Shown here piece after piece: positions 16,340-16,780 of a stretch of 16,780 nucleotides of DNA (position 1 is the stretch's first letter; each line of letters opens with the position of its first letter). The translations under genes and the position numbers were made by a program. Under the pieces are notes generated by a model. It searched no databases, was not told where the DNA came from, and saw only the letters and a list, made by a program, of their open reading frames with translations. Origin of the DNA: Promethearchaeota archaeon (GTDB lineage: Archaea > Asgardarchaeota > Lokiarchaeia > Sigyniarchaeales > SOKP01); the NCBI GenBank assembly GCA_048938025.1, contig JBHLMP010000065.1, forward strand, positions 1 through 16,780, written 5' to 3'.

Positions 16340-16780
16340 TTATTTCCATTTTGTTAAGATCTCTTCACGTTGGAATATAGCTCGACTGGCAAAAAACAAG
16401 CAAATATCAATTATGGCAATGATTCCTGCAATGATAAGCAAGGTATTAGTATCAAGTGTAAATATCTTAGTTTCAGTCAGTATGTATATAGCAAAAAATG
16501 GAATAATTGCGAGTATAGATAATTGTTGAGCGGTTCTGACATCATTTACACGAGAAGAAATAATGATACATAATTCTACAGTCATAATGGCTGCGAACGG
16601 AGCGATTAAAAGAATTTTGATCGTAAATTCCCAGTTTGGGAAATACAAATAACCGACTTTGTCTGCTGTAAAAAAGTCCATAAGAAACATGAAGATAGTT
16701 GCACTAATGAATAGTATACACAATGTGGGCAAAAAAGCAGCCAAACTCTTGCCGAGTAAAATTTCGCTATCAGTAGTTGG
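16340..16780 (-). CDS. ABC-2 type transporter permease, 3' part (5' end outside the window)
   Basis: The frame is open to the window edge and reads PTTDSEILLGKSLAAF, a typical ABC-2 permease motif. Also contains ISSRVNDVRTAQQ, several transmembrane segments and a C-terminal FQREEIL. Confidence 0.85.
   Translation of the reverse strand, partial: PTTDSEILLGKSLAAFLPTLCILFISATIFMFLMDFFTADKVGYLYFPNWEFTIKILLIAPFAAIMTVELCIIISSRVNDVRTAQQLSILAIIPFFAIYILTETKIFTLDTNTLLIIAGIIAIIDICLFFASRAIFQREEILTKWK

Overview
AT-rich prokaryotic DNA, most likely archaeal. Archaeal-style TATA/BRE promoters, T-tract terminators and a Loki-CTERM-like surface protein suggest Asgard/Lokiarchaeia (inference). The first ~13 kb is a central-carbon cluster: aconitase, a Tmt1-like SAM methyltransferase, non-phosphorylating GAPDH (GapN), class II fumarase, a GPH-family MFS transporter, a second methyltransferase, two-subunit ATP citrate lyase (aclB-aclA, in frame and separated only by TAATAA) and isocitrate dehydrogenase. 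No standalone citrate synthase is present in the window. The last ~3.4 kb is accessory. A gene for a membrane-anchored, 8-repeat, sequon-rich protein (likely beta-propeller) sits between two diverged direct copies of an ABM-family gene plus its upstream region. One copy is intact; the other is frameshifted and truncated. A 9-bp direct repeat (GTAGGTTAT) marks both junctions. The window ends in a partial ABC-2 permease. No rRNA, tRNA, CRISPR array, transposase or integrase was recognised.
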